NCBI GenBank assembly: GCA_031418135.1
Contig: JANOWY010000029.1
Location: forward strand, 1 to 59,576
Source of the DNA: Rhodoferax sp.
GTDB taxonomy: Bacteria; Pseudomonadota; Gammaproteobacteria; Burkholderiales; Burkholderiaceae_C
Length of the DNA stretch: 59,576 nucleotides
Reading direction: 5' to 3'
The translations under genes and the position numbers were made by a program. Shown piece after piece: positions 1 through 10,567 of this stretch (position 1 is its first letter; the number at the start of each line of letters is the position of its first letter). The notes beneath the pieces are model-generated. The model did not search any database. It saw only the letters and a list, made by a program, of their open reading frames with translations, and was not told the DNA's origin.

Positions 1-722
1 AGCCGCCGTTCGCGGCCGTGCCCCCAGGTGTGGTGCGCGGTGCTGATGGCACCCGGAACACGGGAGCCATCTGCAAAGATCAGCGTGGGTGTTCCGGTGA
101 TCTTGAATTTTTTGCCCAGCTCGAGGTTACGCGCGATCGCCGATGCATCGCAGCCTGGTGCACCTGCAGCGGGCGCAGGTTGGTCACGCAGCATCAGGTC
201 TTGCCAGGCTTTGCCTTTGTCTTTGGCGCACCAGACGTTTTTGGATTTTTCAGTGGAGTCAGCACTCAGGATAGGATACAAAAACATGGAGATGGTGACG
301 TTGTCTACCTTCTGCAAATCGCGCTCGAAGCGTTTGCAATAGCCGCAGTTGGGGTCTTCAAATACCGCCAGTTTGCGTTTGCCGTTGCCCCGAACGATGG
401 TGAACGCGTCTTTCATGGGTAGGCTGTCAAACGCCACCATGGTGAGTTTTTCGATGCGCTCCTCGGTGAGGTTGCGCCGCTGTTTGGTGTCGATCAAATT
501 ACCCTGAATCAGGTGGTTGGCATCGGCATCCACATAAAATATCTCGGTGCCATTGACGCGAATTTCATACAGCCCTGGCACTGCCGTTTTGTTGACTTCG
601 TCGATCTGTTTGAGCTGCGGGATGCGTTCGGCCAGGTTTTTGCGGATGCTGGCTTCGTCGGCCTGAGCCACAAGGGCCGCCACGGCGACAGTGGCGCCCA
701 GCAGGATTTTGGTCAAATTCAT
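1..722 (-). CDS. dsbC: Thiol:disulfide interchange protein, DsbC/DsbG family (3' end runs off the left window edge)
   Basis: Absent from the ORF track because there is no stop inside the window. Reverse-strand ATG at 720-722. Translation is MNLTKILLGATVAVAALVAQA (signal peptide) ... FEDPNCGYCKRFE (CxxC thioredoxin motif) ... KITGTPTLIFADGSRVPG. Confidence 0.8.
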   Translation of the reverse strand, partial: MNLTKILLGATVAVAALVAQADEASIRKNLAERIPQLKQIDEVNKTAVPGLYEIRVNGTEIFYVDADANHLIQGNLIDTKQRRNLTEERIEKLTMVAFDSLPMKDAFTIVRGNGKRKLAVFEDPNCGYCKRFERDLQKVDNVTISMFLYPILSADSTEKSKNVWCAKDKGKAWQDLMLRDQPAPAAGAPGCDASAIARNLELGKKFKITGTPTLIFADGSRVPGAISTAHHTWGHGRERR

Positions 723-833
723 GGGTTCATTTCCAGGATGTGAATTGAAAATTCGCTTCGATTAACGTGCAGTATGGGTTTGGGTTTCTTGAACAGTTGA
801 AGCTGCTTTCGGGTTCATGTTTTTGCCTGTGGG

Positions 834-2006
834 TTACCGGCCCATGGCCCGCGCAGCCACCCAGGTTTTCAGGCCACCGCTTTGGTCAAAGGCACTGAGC
901 CCCATGTTGCGCAGGCCTTGCCAGGCTTTGCCCGGCTGCGCAAATAGCCGCTGCAGGCCGTCGGTGGCCCCGGCAAGCAAAGCAGCCTCGAGTTTGCGGG
1001 CGCGCTCGTACTGGCGCAGCAGTTTTTCGTCACCAGGGCTACGAAAGTAATCGCGTTTGGCGATCAACGAGGCCAACGCCGCCACATCCGCCAAACCAAG
1101 GTTCAGGCCTTGGCCGCTCAAGGGGTGCACGCTGTGGGCAGCATCGCCAGCCAGCGCCCAGGCGGTTTGGCCACCGGGCATCCGCCCCACCCAACGACGC
1201 GTTTGCGCCAGCTGCAAAGGCCATTGCGCCCGGCTGGACACCAGCGACATGCCACCCAGGCTGTGGTGGCTGGCAAGCTGGAGGGCTTGGCAGAAGGCTT
1301 GATCGGGAGATTGCATAAGGGCGTTGGCTCGGTCTGAATGGATTGACCACACTACTGCCACAGAGTTCCTTGGCGCACTGTCACCCAATGGCAACAGCCC
1401 CAGTATTTCACCGCCCGAAGCATCGCCGGCAAACCATTGCCGGGCGGTATATCCATGCGGGTTTTCGCAGGCTACTCGGGTGGCAATGGCCGCTTGGTCG
1501 TAGGCCTGCACATCAAATTCCACACCCAGCTCGTCTCGCGTTTGGCTGTTGCGGCCTTCACACACCACGGTTAGCGCCGCTTCAACGGGCGCTGGCACGG
1601 TTTCAATCAGCGGCTGAAACTGGGTGGCCTGCGCCAATAAGGCTTCCAACGCGGGTACATCGACGATCCAGGCCAGGGCTTCACCTTCGCCGGGCGGCGC
1701 ATCAAAATGGGTTTCGCCGCCGTCGTCGCCCTGCACGTGCATGGCCAACACGGACGTGGCACCCGTCGCGCCCGGCCAGCAACGAAAGGACTCCAGCATG
1801 TTTTTGGAGGCCCGATTGAGCGCGTAAGCCCGCACGTCGCTGTGCCCGGTGGTATCAGCTCGCGACGCTTCTGACACCTTCGCGGCCGCTGGATCTGGCT
1901 GGGTTTCGACCAAGGCCACCCGCAAACGCTCGCGCGCCAGCAGTAGCGCCAAGACGCGGCCAGTGATACCCGCGCCACGAATACAGATGTCAAACGGTCG
2001 AGCCAT
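834..2006 (-). CDS. UbiH/UbiF/VisC/COQ6-family FAD-dependent monooxygenase (ubiquinone biosynthesis hydroxylase)
   Basis: 390-aa ORF with N-terminal Rossmann motif ICIRGAGITGRVLALLLA and a C-terminal GDAAHSVHPLSGQGLNLG motif typical of this family. Confidence 0.85.
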   Translation of the reverse strand: MARPFDICIRGAGITGRVLALLLARERLRVALVETQPDPAAAKVSEASRADTTGHSDVRAYALNRASKNMLESFRCWPGATGATSVLAMHVQGDDGGETHFDAPPGEGEALAWIVDVPALEALLAQATQFQPLIETVPAPVEAALTVVCEGRNSQTRDELGVEFDVQAYDQAAIATRVACENPHGYTARQWFAGDASGGEILGLLPLGDSAPRNSVAVVWSIHSDRANALMQSPDQAFCQALQLASHHSLGGMSLVSSRAQWPLQLAQTRRWVGRMPGGQTAWALAGDAAHSVHPLSGQGLNLGLADVAALASLIAKRDYFRSPGDEKLLRQYERARKLEAALLAGATDGLQRLFAQPGKAWQGLRNMGLSAFDQSGGLKTWVAARAMGR

Positions 2007-2151
2007 GGGTGTCTTTCATGCGGTCATTTTAGGAGGCAGGGCAAAATCGGGGGACTGGCTGGCCGAATGACGGTTATTTCAGCGGTCATTTCGACGATCA
2101 TTTTGCGGATTCGCCCTTCCGGCTTTAACGCTATTCAAGAGGAAAGATTTC

Positions 2152-3048
2152 ATGGTTCACGCCCGCATTGAGCGCCTGTTCATTTACCCGGTCAAATCGT
2201 GTGCAGGTATCGAAATGACCGACGTGGTTTTGTACGACACCGGCCTTGATCTGGATCGCGCCTGGATGGTAGTGGACGCGCAAGGCGTGTTTGTGAGCCA
2301 GCGCGAATACCCGCGCATGGCGCTCATCAAACCTCAAATTAAGCGCGGGGAACTGGTGTTGCGCGCCCCCGGAATGTTGGCCCTGCACGTGAGCATTGAT
2401 GCGGTAGAGGCAGCCACCCGCGTTGAGGTGTGGGACGACACCGTGCCGGCTTTTGACATGGGCGACATTGCCAGCCAGTGGTTCAGCGATTTTTTGTCGC
2501 TCAGCGCGTCAGGTTTGCCCAGCGCCGGTGCGCCCAAGTTCCGGCTGGTGCGGTTTGACCCGGAACACAATCGCCTGGCCAGCAAAAAGTGGACGGTTGG
2601 CGTGGACGCGCCCTACCAGTTTGCCGACGGGTTTCCGATGCTGATAACCAGTAGCGCCTCGCTGGACGAACTCAATAGCCGGTTGGCCAAAGACGGCCAT
2701 GCCGCTGTGGGCGTTGAGCGGTTTCGCCCCAACATCGTGCTCAGTGGTGTGGAGGCGCATGATGAAGACCGCCTGTCGGACATCACGATCAGCGCCGTAG
2801 ATGACAAAAACGGTGCCATAGCGGTGGTGCTGGTGCCCTGCAAACCGTGTGCGCGCTGTTCCATTCCGGATATCAACCCGGCAGACGCCACGGCCAGCCC
2901 ATGGGTCGGCGACACCTTGCAAACGTATCGCGCCAATCACCAAATGGAGGGGGCCATCACCTTTGGCATGAACGCCATCATCCGCAGTGGCATAGGCGCT
3001 ACCCTGCGCCTGGGCCAGCCAGTGACGGGCGAGTTCAACTTTGGCTGA
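2152..3048 (+). CDS. MOSC domain-containing protein (YcbX-like, N-terminal beta-barrel + MOSC)
   Basis: 298 aa. Starts RIERLFIYPVKSCAGIEM, has a RFRPNIV motif and a conserved Cys near the C-terminus (PCKPCARCSIPDINP). AGGAAAG Shine-Dalgarno lies upstream. Confidence 0.85.
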   Translation: MVHARIERLFIYPVKSCAGIEMTDVVLYDTGLDLDRAWMVVDAQGVFVSQREYPRMALIKPQIKRGELVLRAPGMLALHVSIDAVEAATRVEVWDDTVPAFDMGDIASQWFSDFLSLSASGLPSAGAPKFRLVRFDPEHNRLASKKWTVGVDAPYQFADGFPMLITSSASLDELNSRLAKDGHAAVGVERFRPNIVLSGVEAHDEDRLSDITISAVDDKNGAIAVVLVPCKPCARCSIPDINPADATASPWVGDTLQTYRANHQMEGAITFGMNAIIRSGIGATLRLGQPVTGEFNFG

Positions 3049-3148
3049 CCACCCACCACTCGGCGTTGAATTGACGAAACCGGCTGGGGTTTCTACGGGA
3101 AGCTGGGCATCTTGAGCCAGCACTTACAATCGGTGTCTGATTTTCAAC

Positions 3149-3186
3149 AAGGCCCGCTGATTCCTGCGCCGGGCCTTTTCGTTTTG
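3149..3186 (+). terminator. Putative intrinsic terminator after the MOSC gene
   Basis: 8-bp stem AAGGCCCG/CGGGCCTT (3149-3156 / 3170-3177) with a 13-nt loop, followed by a TTTTCGTTTT tract. Confidence 0.5.
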
Positions 3187-3236
3187 TATGTCGGTTTGCA
3201 TGTTCGTTTGAGCAGCAGATTTTTAGAGGTGGTTCC

Positions 3237-4328
3237 ATGAGTTTGAAATGCGGCATTGTCGGTTTGCCAAACGTGGGAAAATCAACCCTGTTCAATGCCC
3301 TGACCAAGGCCGGTATCGCCGCCGAAAACTACCCGTTTTGCACGATTGAACCCAACGTCGGCATTGTTGAATTGCCGGATGCGCGGCTGGCCCAGTTGTC
3401 CGCCATCGTCAAACCCGAGCGTATCGTGCCGGCGATTGTCGAATTTGTGGACATCGCCGGTTTGGTGGCGGGTGCCAGCACCGGTGAAGGTCTGGGCAAC
3501 AAGTTCCTGGCCCACATTCGCGAAACTGACGCCACCATCAATGTGGTGCGCTGCTTTGAAGACGACAACGTGATTCACGTAGCCGGCAAGATCGACCCTA
3601 TTTCCGATATCGAAGTGATCCAGACCGAGTTGTGCCTGGCTGACCTCACGGCGGTCGAAAAAGGCTTGCACCGGGTGACCAAAACGGCGCGCTCAGGTGA
3701 CAAGGAATCGGCCAAATTGGTGGCGATTCTTGAAAAGTGCCAAGTTGCACTGAACCAGGCCAAACCAGTGCGCACACTGGATTGGAGCAAGGAAGAACTG
3801 CCCTTGCTCAAGCAGTTTTTCCTGATAACCGCCAAACCGGCCATGTTTGTTGCCAATGTGGCCGAAGACGGCTTTAAAAACAACCCGATGCTGGATCGCC
3901 TGACCGCCTACGCCTCCGCGCAAAACGCACCCGTTGTCGCTATCAGCGCCAAGATGGAAGCCGAGATGAGCGAGATGAGCGACGACGACCGCCAGATGTT
4001 CCTGGAAGAGCTGGGCCAAACCGAACCCGGCCTGAACCGGCTGATCCGCTCTGCCTACAAACTGCTGGGGCTGCAGACCTATTTCACAGCCGGTGTCAAA
4101 GAGGTGCGGGCCTGGACCATCCACGTCGGCGACACCGGTCCGCAAGCAGCAGGCGTGATCCACACCGACTTTGAAAAAGGCTACATCCGTGCCCAAACCA
4201 TCGCGTTTGACGATTTCATCCAGTTCAGGGGTGAACAAGGTGCCAAAGATGCCGGGAAAATGCGCGCAGAAGGCAAGGAATACGTGTTGAAAGATGGCGA
4301 TGTGATGAACTTTTTGTTCAGTTCCTGA
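3237..4328 (+). CDS. ychF: Redox-regulated ribosome-binding ATPase YchF
   Basis: 363 aa. [24 protein letters not shown]-loop and C-terminal TGS-like region [16 protein letters not shown]. Confidence 0.95.
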   Translation: MSLKCGIVGLPNVGKSTLFNALTKAGIAAENYPFCTIEPNVGIVELPDARLAQLSAIVKPERIVPAIVEFVDIAGLVAGASTGEGLGNKFLAHIRETDATINVVRCFEDDNVIHVAGKIDPISDIEVIQTELCLADLTAVEKGLHRVTKTARSGDKESAKLVAILEKCQVALNQAKPVRTLDWSKEELPLLKQFFLITAKPAMFVANVAEDGFKNNPMLDRLTAYASAQNAPVVAISAKMEAEMSEMSDDDRQMFLEELGQTEPGLNRLIRSAYKLLGLQTYFTAGVKEVRAWTIHVGDTGPQAAGVIHTDFEKGYIRAQTIAFDDFIQFRGEQGAKDAGKMRAEGKEYVLKDGDVMNFLFSS

Positions 4329-4348
4329 GTGGATTTGGTTGAAGCCAG

Positions 4349-4831
4349 TCACCCTGGCCAAAACCGGCCAAACACGCCCATCAGCACCGCCGTCATGACG
4401 GCATAACGCAGAAACTTGCCGATGGCCATGTAGAAAAGGCAGGGCCAAAAATCGAGTTTGAGCCAACCTGCAACGGCGCACAGAGGGTCGCCCACACCCG
4501 GCAACCAGGAAAGCAGGCAGGCTTTGGGGCCGATTTTTTTCAGCCAATCCAGCGCCCGCAGGTGGGTAGACGAGTGGCGGTATTTGTCCACCACCGCGTG
4601 GGATGCCAGACCCATCCACCAACTCACAGCACCACCCAGTGTGTTGCCCAGTGTGGCGACCCAAACGGCGGGCCAAAATAGTTCCGGGTTGAGCTGTACC
4701 AGACCCACAACGGCCGGTTCTGATGCCAATGGCAGCAGTGTTGCACCGACGAATGCGACCACAAATACAGTTGTCAAGCCATGTTGCGGCAACGCAAACC
4801 AAGCCAGCAGAGTGTCCATCCAGAGGGGCAT
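4349..4831 (-). CDS. YqaA-family (DedA/SNARE-associated-like) inner membrane protein
   Basis: The track ORF is 4349..4906. I prefer the internal start MPLWMDTLLAWFALPQHG (ATG at 4829-4831). Multi-TM protein with an LPGVGDPLCAVAGWLKL motif. Confidence 0.7.
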   Translation of the reverse strand: MPLWMDTLLAWFALPQHGLTTVFVVAFVGATLLPLASEPAVVGLVQLNPELFWPAVWVATLGNTLGGAVSWWMGLASHAVVDKYRHSSTHLRALDWLKKIGPKACLLSWLPGVGDPLCAVAGWLKLDFWPCLFYMAIGKFLRYAVMTAVLMGVFGRFWPG

Positions 4832-4995
4832 CCGCCGAGTATAGGGAGCCAATCGGCACACCCGGGAATTGAGCTGGCGGCCAAAGGCCTGTGATTCAGA
4901 TGTCATGCCGATTGGCCATTGGGCGCGGTAACCAAAAAAATTTCAATTGCTGAAATAACCAGCAGTTAAAATCCTCACCGCATTCAAGTGCAGAC

Positions 4996-6081
4996 ATGCA
5001 AATCGGCCCCTATATTCTGACAAATAACCTGTTTGTTGCCCCCATGGCTGGGGTGACCGATAGGCCTTTTCGTGGTTTGTGCAAAAGCCTCGGGGCCGGT
5101 TATGCGGTGAGCGAAATGGTCACGTCACGCAAGGACCTGTGGAAATCGCTGAAGACATCACGCCGCGCCAACCACGACGGCGAGGCCGGCCCGATTGCCG
5201 TGCAAATCGCCGGCACTGATGCGGCCATGATGGCAGAAGCCGCCGCCTACAACATCGAGCGTGGTGCGCAGATCATCGACATCAACATGGGTTGCCCGGC
5301 CAAAAAGGTATGCAACAAATGGGCCGGTTCGGCCCTGATGCAAAACGAAACGCTGGCGCTGGAGATTATTGAAGCAGTAGTTCAGGCCTGCCAGCTACAC
5401 AACGTGCCAGTCACCCTGAAAATGCGCACCGGTTGGCACCAGGACAACAAGAACGCCCCGCGCTTGGCATTGGCGGCGCAAAATGCCGGCATCCAGATGA
5501 TCACGGTGCACGGGCGAACCCGGGAACAAGGTTATGGAGGTGTGGCCGAGCACGAAACGGTTGCCGCCATCAAGGCCAATCTGCATATTCCGGTGGTCGC
5601 CAATGGCGACATCGACTCGCCGCAAAAAGCCCTTGCGGTATTTGCCCGTACAGGCGCAGATGCCGTCATGATCGGCCGTGCCGCCCAGGGCAAGCCCTGG
5701 ATATTTCGCGAAATCGCCCACTTTTTGACGACCGGCACAGAGTTGGCACCGCCTTTGGTGATGGATGTCAAACGCCTGTCTATCGCACATTTGTACGACC
5801 ATTACAGTCTGTATGGTGAATTCCTGGGTGTCCGTACTGCCCGCAAACACATAGGCTGGTATGTGGCCGGCCTGCCGGGCGGTGTTGGCTTTCGCGCACA
5901 GATGAACCTGATCGACCAATGTGATGAACAAATTGCCGCGGTTGCCTGTTTTTTTGACGAATTGGGCAGTAACATGGATCGCCTGCCAGTGAGCCAACCA
6001 TTCGATGCTGATTCTGGCTCCCCCGCCCACACTGATTTCCACCTGAACACCGCGAACCCACACGAGGAGATGAACGCATGA
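4996..6081 (+). CDS. dusB: tRNA-dihydrouridine synthase B
   Basis: 361 aa. LFVAPMAGVTDRPFR and DINMGCPAKKV motifs, plus the classic dusB-fis operon arrangement. Confidence 0.93.
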   Translation: MQIGPYILTNNLFVAPMAGVTDRPFRGLCKSLGAGYAVSEMVTSRKDLWKSLKTSRRANHDGEAGPIAVQIAGTDAAMMAEAAAYNIERGAQIIDINMGCPAKKVCNKWAGSALMQNETLALEIIEAVVQACQLHNVPVTLKMRTGWHQDNKNAPRLALAAQNAGIQMITVHGRTREQGYGGVAEHETVAAIKANLHIPVVANGDIDSPQKALAVFARTGADAVMIGRAAQGKPWIFREIAHFLTTGTELAPPLVMDVKRLSIAHLYDHYSLYGEFLGVRTARKHIGWYVAGLPGGVGFRAQMNLIDQCDEQIAAVACFFDELGSNMDRLPVSQPFDADSGSPAHTDFHLNTANPHEEMNA

Positions 6082-6311
6082 GCAAGAAGAACATTGAAGA
6101 AGTCGTCAAGGCCAGCTTAGAGGCTTACTTCAAAGACCTCAAAGGGGAGCGGCCCACCGAGGTGTACGACATGATGTTGGGCATCATTGAGAAGCCGATC
6201 CTTGAAGTCATCTTGCTCCATGCCCGTGGCAACCAATCCAAAGCCTCGCTTTGGATGGGCTTGAACCGCAACACCTTGCGTAAAAAAATGGCCCGTGCCG
6301 GTTTGCTGTGA
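6078..6311 (+). CDS. fis: Fis-family DNA-binding protein
   Basis: 77 aa. C-terminal [28 protein letters not shown] overlap with the dusB stop. Confidence 0.9.
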   Translation: MSKKNIEEVVKASLEAYFKDLKGERPTEVYDMMLGIIEKPILEVILLHARGNQSKASLWMGLNRNTLRKKMARAGLL

Positions 6312-7915
6312 GCGGGGTGTTCGCGCTTTTATCGGTTTCTGACAAAACGGGCATTCTGGCGTTAGCTCAAGGCCTGCATGGCTTGGGTGTCCAGTTGCTG
6401 TCTACCGGTGGCACGGCAAAACTTTTGGCTGACAACGGCCTGCCCGTCACTGAAGTGGCGGATCACACCGGTTTCCCGGAAATGCTCGATGGCCGGGTCA
6501 AAACTCTTCATCCCACAGTGCATGGGGGTTTGTTGGCCCGGCGCGATGTACCCGCGCACATGGCCGCTTTGCAACAGCATGGCATTGCCACCATCGACAT
6601 CCTGGTTGTCAACCTCTATCCATTTGAGGCCACTGTTGCCAAGGCCGGTTGTACTCTAGAAGATGCCATAGAGAACATCGATATTGGCGGCCCGGCCATG
6701 GTGCGTAGCGCAGCCAAAAACTGGAAGGATGTGGCGGTGCTGACCGATTCGTTGCAATATGCCGACGTGCTGACTGAGCTCCGGTCGGACGGCACTATCA
6801 GTGCAAAAACCAAATTCGCGCTGGCTGTAGCGGCCTTTAACCGGATAAGCCAATATGACGGGGCGATTTCCGATTACCTGTCATCCACGACGGAAACCGG
6901 TCAGCGCACGTCATTTCCAGGTCAGGCAAACGGCCGTTTTATCAAACTGCAAGACTTGCGATACGGCGAGAACCCCCATCAACAGGCCGCGTTTTACCGG
7001 GTGTTGTACCCGGCGCCAGGTTCGTTGGTAACCGCCAAACAATTACAGGGCAAAGAACTGAGTTACAACAATATCGCCGACGCTGATGCTGCGTGGGAAT
7101 GTGTCAAGGCATTCACTGAGCCGGCTTGCGTGATCGTCAAGCATGCCAACCCGTGCGGTGTGGCAGTAGGCGGCAATGCGCTGGAGGCTTACAACAAGGC
7201 CTTCCAGACCGACCCGACCTCTGCATTTGGCGGAATTATTTCACTCAACTGCACACTGGATCAACATGGTGCGCTACAAATTTCAAAGCAATTTGTTGAA
7301 GTTTTGATCGCACCGGCGTTCACGCCCGAAGCCCTCGATGTGTTCAAAGCCAAAGTGAATGTGCGGATTTTGCAGATTGATTTGCCGCCATCTCATGGTG
7401 CCGATGCCGCCAGCCGAAATCGCATGTCTCCTTGGGAGCGCGGCCAGAACATGGTCGATGTCAAACAGGTGGGTTCGGGCTTGTTGATGCAAACCGCCGA
7501 CAACCACGAACTGGCGTTGTCTGATTTGAAAGTGGTCACTCACCTGAAACCCACACCAGAACAATTGAACGACCTGATGTTCGCCTGGAAAGTGGCCAAG
7601 TTCGTTAAATCCAATGCCATTGTGTTTTGCAGGGATGGCATGACGATGGGAGTGGGTGCCGGGCAAATGAACCGCATTGATTCCGGCTATATCGCCAGCA
7701 TCAAGGCCGGCCATGCCAAGCTGTCATTGCAAGGCAGCGCAGCGGCGAGTGACGCGTTTTTCCCGTTCCGGGACGGCCTGGACATGGTGATTGATGCGGG
7801 TGCGACTAGCGTCATTCAACCAGGCGGCAGCATGCGTGACCAAGAAGTGATTGATGCGGCCAATGAACGGGGAGTGGCCATGGTTTTCAGCGGCATCCGG
7901 CACTTTCGGCATTGA
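6308..7915 (+). CDS. purH: Bifunctional AICAR transformylase / IMP cyclohydrolase
   Basis: 535 aa. [14 protein letters not shown]-like N-terminus and C-terminal [15 protein letters not shown]...[12 protein letters not shown] start overlaps the fis stop. Confidence 0.95.
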   Translation: MSGVFALLSVSDKTGILALAQGLHGLGVQLLSTGGTAKLLADNGLPVTEVADHTGFPEMLDGRVKTLHPTVHGGLLARRDVPAHMAALQQHGIATIDILVVNLYPFEATVAKAGCTLEDAIENIDIGGPAMVRSAAKNWKDVAVLTDSLQYADVLTELRSDGTISAKTKFALAVAAFNRISQYDGAISDYLSSTTETGQRTSFPGQANGRFIKLQDLRYGENPHQQAAFYRVLYPAPGSLVTAKQLQGKELSYNNIADADAAWECVKAFTEPACVIVKHANPCGVAVGGNALEAYNKAFQTDPTSAFGGIISLNCTLDQHGALQISKQFVEVLIAPAFTPEALDVFKAKVNVRILQIDLPPSHGADAASRNRMSPWERGQNMVDVKQVGSGLLMQTADNHELALSDLKVVTHLKPTPEQLNDLMFAWKVAKFVKSNAIVFCRDGMTMGVGAGQMNRIDSGYIASIKAGHAKLSLQGSAAASDAFFPFRDGLDMVIDAGATSVIQPGGSMRDQEVIDAANERGVAMVFSGIRHFRH

Positions 7916-8005
7916 GACAGCGCTGACGCAAGCACGGTTGTAAGGCCCAACACCGCCAAACGACTGAGTGGCACTTGCTGCCAATGTAGCGAATGGAGTC
8001 AGCCT

Positions 8006-9499
8006 GTGCCTGTTGCCTTGCCACGATCCGGTTTTGCCACCGCTTTAGCGGCCATCACGCTGGTTTTAAGCGGTCTGTTTGGCGCGGCGTTTCAGCCTGC
8101 ACAGGCCCAACTCATCGCGCAAGCCGTCGCCGCGCAGGCCACGGCTCCATCCAAACCGGTCCCGCTTATCCCCATCACCACCTTTTTGGCGATGCTCGAG
8201 CCCAACACCCGGCTGTCCGAGGCGTCGTTTGCCAAGGTCGTTGCGGGCTGGCGCGACAGTTATGCGCCACTGCTGCTGGAGATGCTGGGGCTGATGGCCA
8301 GTTCCTACACCGAAGGGCTGGCGGTGGAACACCTGATGAAGGTCTCTGGCATCCCGACGCGTGACGTCAACGAGTTGTACGCCTGGGTTTGGGCGCAGAA
8401 TTTCGCACCCCACCCGCATTACGCCGAATTCAAGGCGCGTTTGTATGAAGCGATTGATCCGCGTTTCCGTGAATACTTTGGCAACCGCCCAAAAACCACC
8501 ATCCGCCTGGACGAGGTTCGCTGGGGCGGGGTGCGCCGGGACGGAATCCCGCCGCTGAAAAACCCGGTCATGCTCCCGGCCCCTGCCGCCCATTACCTGG
8601 CTGATACGGATGTCGTCTTTGGTGTTGCCTTGCCATTGCCTGGCGCAGGCGCACCCCGTCAAAACAGCGCGGGCCGCCGGGCTGAAGCAGCTCCACTGGA
8701 CATTCGGGCCTACCCCAAACGGATTCTGGCTTGGCATGAAATGTTCAAGGATCGGATTGCCGGACGGGAAGTCAATGGTGTGTATTGCACCCTGTGCGGG
8801 GCCATGATTTTGTATGAAACCGCGGTCAATGGCGTGCAACACGAGCTGGGCACCAGTGGTTTTCTGTACCGCTCTAACAAGCTGATGTATGACCATGCAA
8901 CGCAGTCCCTGTGGTCGACCTTTGACGGCAAGCCCGTGGTCGGGCCACTGGTGGGCAAAAACATCGCTCTGCCCGCGCTTTACGTGGTGACCACGACGTG
9001 GGGCGACTGGAAAAAGCGGCATCCCACGACCACGGTATTGTCCCCTGACACAGGGCATGAACGCGACTACGGCGAAGGGGCCGCCTACCGTGACTATTTT
9101 GCTTCAGACCGCCTGATGTTTGGCGTTCCCAAACTGGATGCGCGCTTGCCCAACAAGGCGGAAGTGCTGGCACTGCGCGGCATGCAGCCCGGCACAGAAC
9201 TGGCTATTTCAACGGACTATTTAGGGCAGCATCCGCTTCATCATGTGCGGCTGGGCAGCCGCCAGGTGGTTGTGCTGACCGATTCCAGCGGTGCCAACCG
9301 CGTTTATGACAGCCGATCTATACGATTCGTCAGTTACGACCGGCAAAACGCCGCAACGGACACGCAAGGAGGCAAGTGGACTGTTGGCGAGGAATATCTT
9401 CAAGGGCCCGCCGGGCAAACGCTGAAACGCATCAGTGCGCACCGCGCGTTTTGGTTCGGCTGGTATGCCGCTTACCCCAACACCCGACTGATCCAGTAA
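8006..9499 (+). CDS. DUF3179 domain-containing secreted protein
   Basis: 497 aa with a signal peptide ending AQA. DUF3179-type core YPKRILAWHEMFKDRIAGREVNGVYCTLCGAMILYE. GTG start. Confidence 0.7.
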   Translation: MPVALPRSGFATALAAITLVLSGLFGAAFQPAQAQLIAQAVAAQATAPSKPVPLIPITTFLAMLEPNTRLSEASFAKVVAGWRDSYAPLLLEMLGLMASSYTEGLAVEHLMKVSGIPTRDVNELYAWVWAQNFAPHPHYAEFKARLYEAIDPRFREYFGNRPKTTIRLDEVRWGGVRRDGIPPLKNPVMLPAPAAHYLADTDVVFGVALPLPGAGAPRQNSAGRRAEAAPLDIRAYPKRILAWHEMFKDRIAGREVNGVYCTLCGAMILYETAVNGVQHELGTSGFLYRSNKLMYDHATQSLWSTFDGKPVVGPLVGKNIALPALYVVTTTWGDWKKRHPTTTVLSPDTGHERDYGEGAAYRDYFASDRLMFGVPKLDARLPNKAEVLALRGMQPGTELAISTDYLGQHPLHHVRLGSRQVVVLTDSSGANRVYDSRSIRFVSYDRQNAATDTQGGKWTVGEEYLQGPAGQTLKRISAHRAFWFGWYAAYPNTRLIQ

Positions 9500-9640
9500 A
9501 AAACATCTAATTAACTAACAACACCATATCATGTAGAACAAAACGGCAATTTGTTCAAATAATCAATGCACAATTAGCTATAAATTTAGAATAATTTAAG
9601 ATTAAAATATATATTTTTCTAATCTAAATACAATATGACA
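9500..9640. other. Extreme AT-rich island 1 (~21% GC overall; 9581-9630 is ~8% GC)
   Basis: Hand base count. It starts at the first base after the DUF3179 stop codon, lies between convergent genes, and the track shows no ORF >=60 aa here. Confidence 0.9.
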
Positions 9641-9721
9641 GGCGTGCCACCTGTGGCCAGCAAAAGATAATACGGCACTTTAAGAATTCTTCTGTGCGGG
9701 GTAGAAACACCCCTCAACGGC

Positions 9722-10453
9722 CTAGCGCCAGTGACCGTGGTGCCCGTGGCTGCGGTAACCCCAGCCGTAACCAATGCCCCGGTATAACAGCACCGGCGCT
9801 GCAATGGCGGCGGCCACAACCACCGGGTTGACTTGCTGGGTCACCACGTAAGGCGCCGGAACCGTCTGGATATATTCAATACGACTGGTTACTTGTGGCG
9901 CTTGCTGAATAATGACTGGCGCGGGTTCGGGTTGTTGCAAAACTGCTGCCGGTTGCTGGTAAACCGGCTGCGATGGTGTCGCAATCGGCGTGATTTGCAG
10001 GCGCAACGTGGGGCCGGGGTCTTGCGGCATTTGTACGGAATACTGCTTGCCACCGTATTCATAGACTACGTTGTATGCGGTGGTGCGGTTTTCATAAAAA
10101 GTCTGGGTGGTACAGCTCTGCACATTTTGGGTCTGGGTTTGACCAGGCCCTTCAATTTTGTCACCCAGCATGGCCCCGCCAATCACCCCGATCAACGTGG
10201 CAATGGCACGGCCGTCGCCGCCACCAAGGCTATTGCCGATAGCACCACCTGCGACAGCGCCCATGATGCCACCCGCGCCTGATCTTTGGCTCTGCACCTG
10301 AACTTGCTGCTGCGAACACACTTGGCGCGGCACAGCCACCTGCGTTAGTACCGGCGTGGTGGAAATCACCCGGGCGGTTTCCTGCTGCGCAAAACCCGTA
10401 CTGGCGCTGCCTGCCATTACAGCGGCCAAAGCGCAAAGTGTTGTATTTTTCAT
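9722..10453 (-). CDS. Glycine-zipper 2TM / 17-kDa surface-antigen-family outer membrane protein
   Basis: The track ORF extends to 10489. Preferred start is MKNTTLCALAAVMAGSASTGFAQQ (signal peptide). Glycine zipper GAGGIMGAVAGGAIGNSLGGGDG...IGVIGGAMLGD, Q/P/V-rich C-terminal half and a His-rich tail. Confidence 0.75.
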   Translation of the reverse strand: MKNTTLCALAAVMAGSASTGFAQQETARVISTTPVLTQVAVPRQVCSQQQVQVQSQRSGAGGIMGAVAGGAIGNSLGGGDGRAIATLIGVIGGAMLGDKIEGPGQTQTQNVQSCTTQTFYENRTTAYNVVYEYGGKQYSVQMPQDPGPTLRLQITPIATPSQPVYQQPAAVLQQPEPAPVIIQQAPQVTSRIEYIQTVPAPYVVTQQVNPVVVAAAIAAPVLLYRGIGYGWGYRSHGHHGHWR

Positions 10454-10567
10454 GAAAACTCCTTTTCGACGAATACCGTCAATTGCCATAACGTCAGTCT
10501 AGAGGAAACGGTTGTCAGTTTCAATGAATGGCGCGTAAAGCTGATGTTACAAAACGACCCGCTGGCG

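Noticed and set aside
9500-9640. AT-rich islands (also 36392-36605 and 58705-58850) as a replication origin or DNA-unwinding element.
   Set aside because: I found no DnaA-box-like TTATCCACA/TGTGGATAA sequences in or next to any island, no dnaA/dnaN/gidA-type neighbours, and three origins within 50 kb is implausible.
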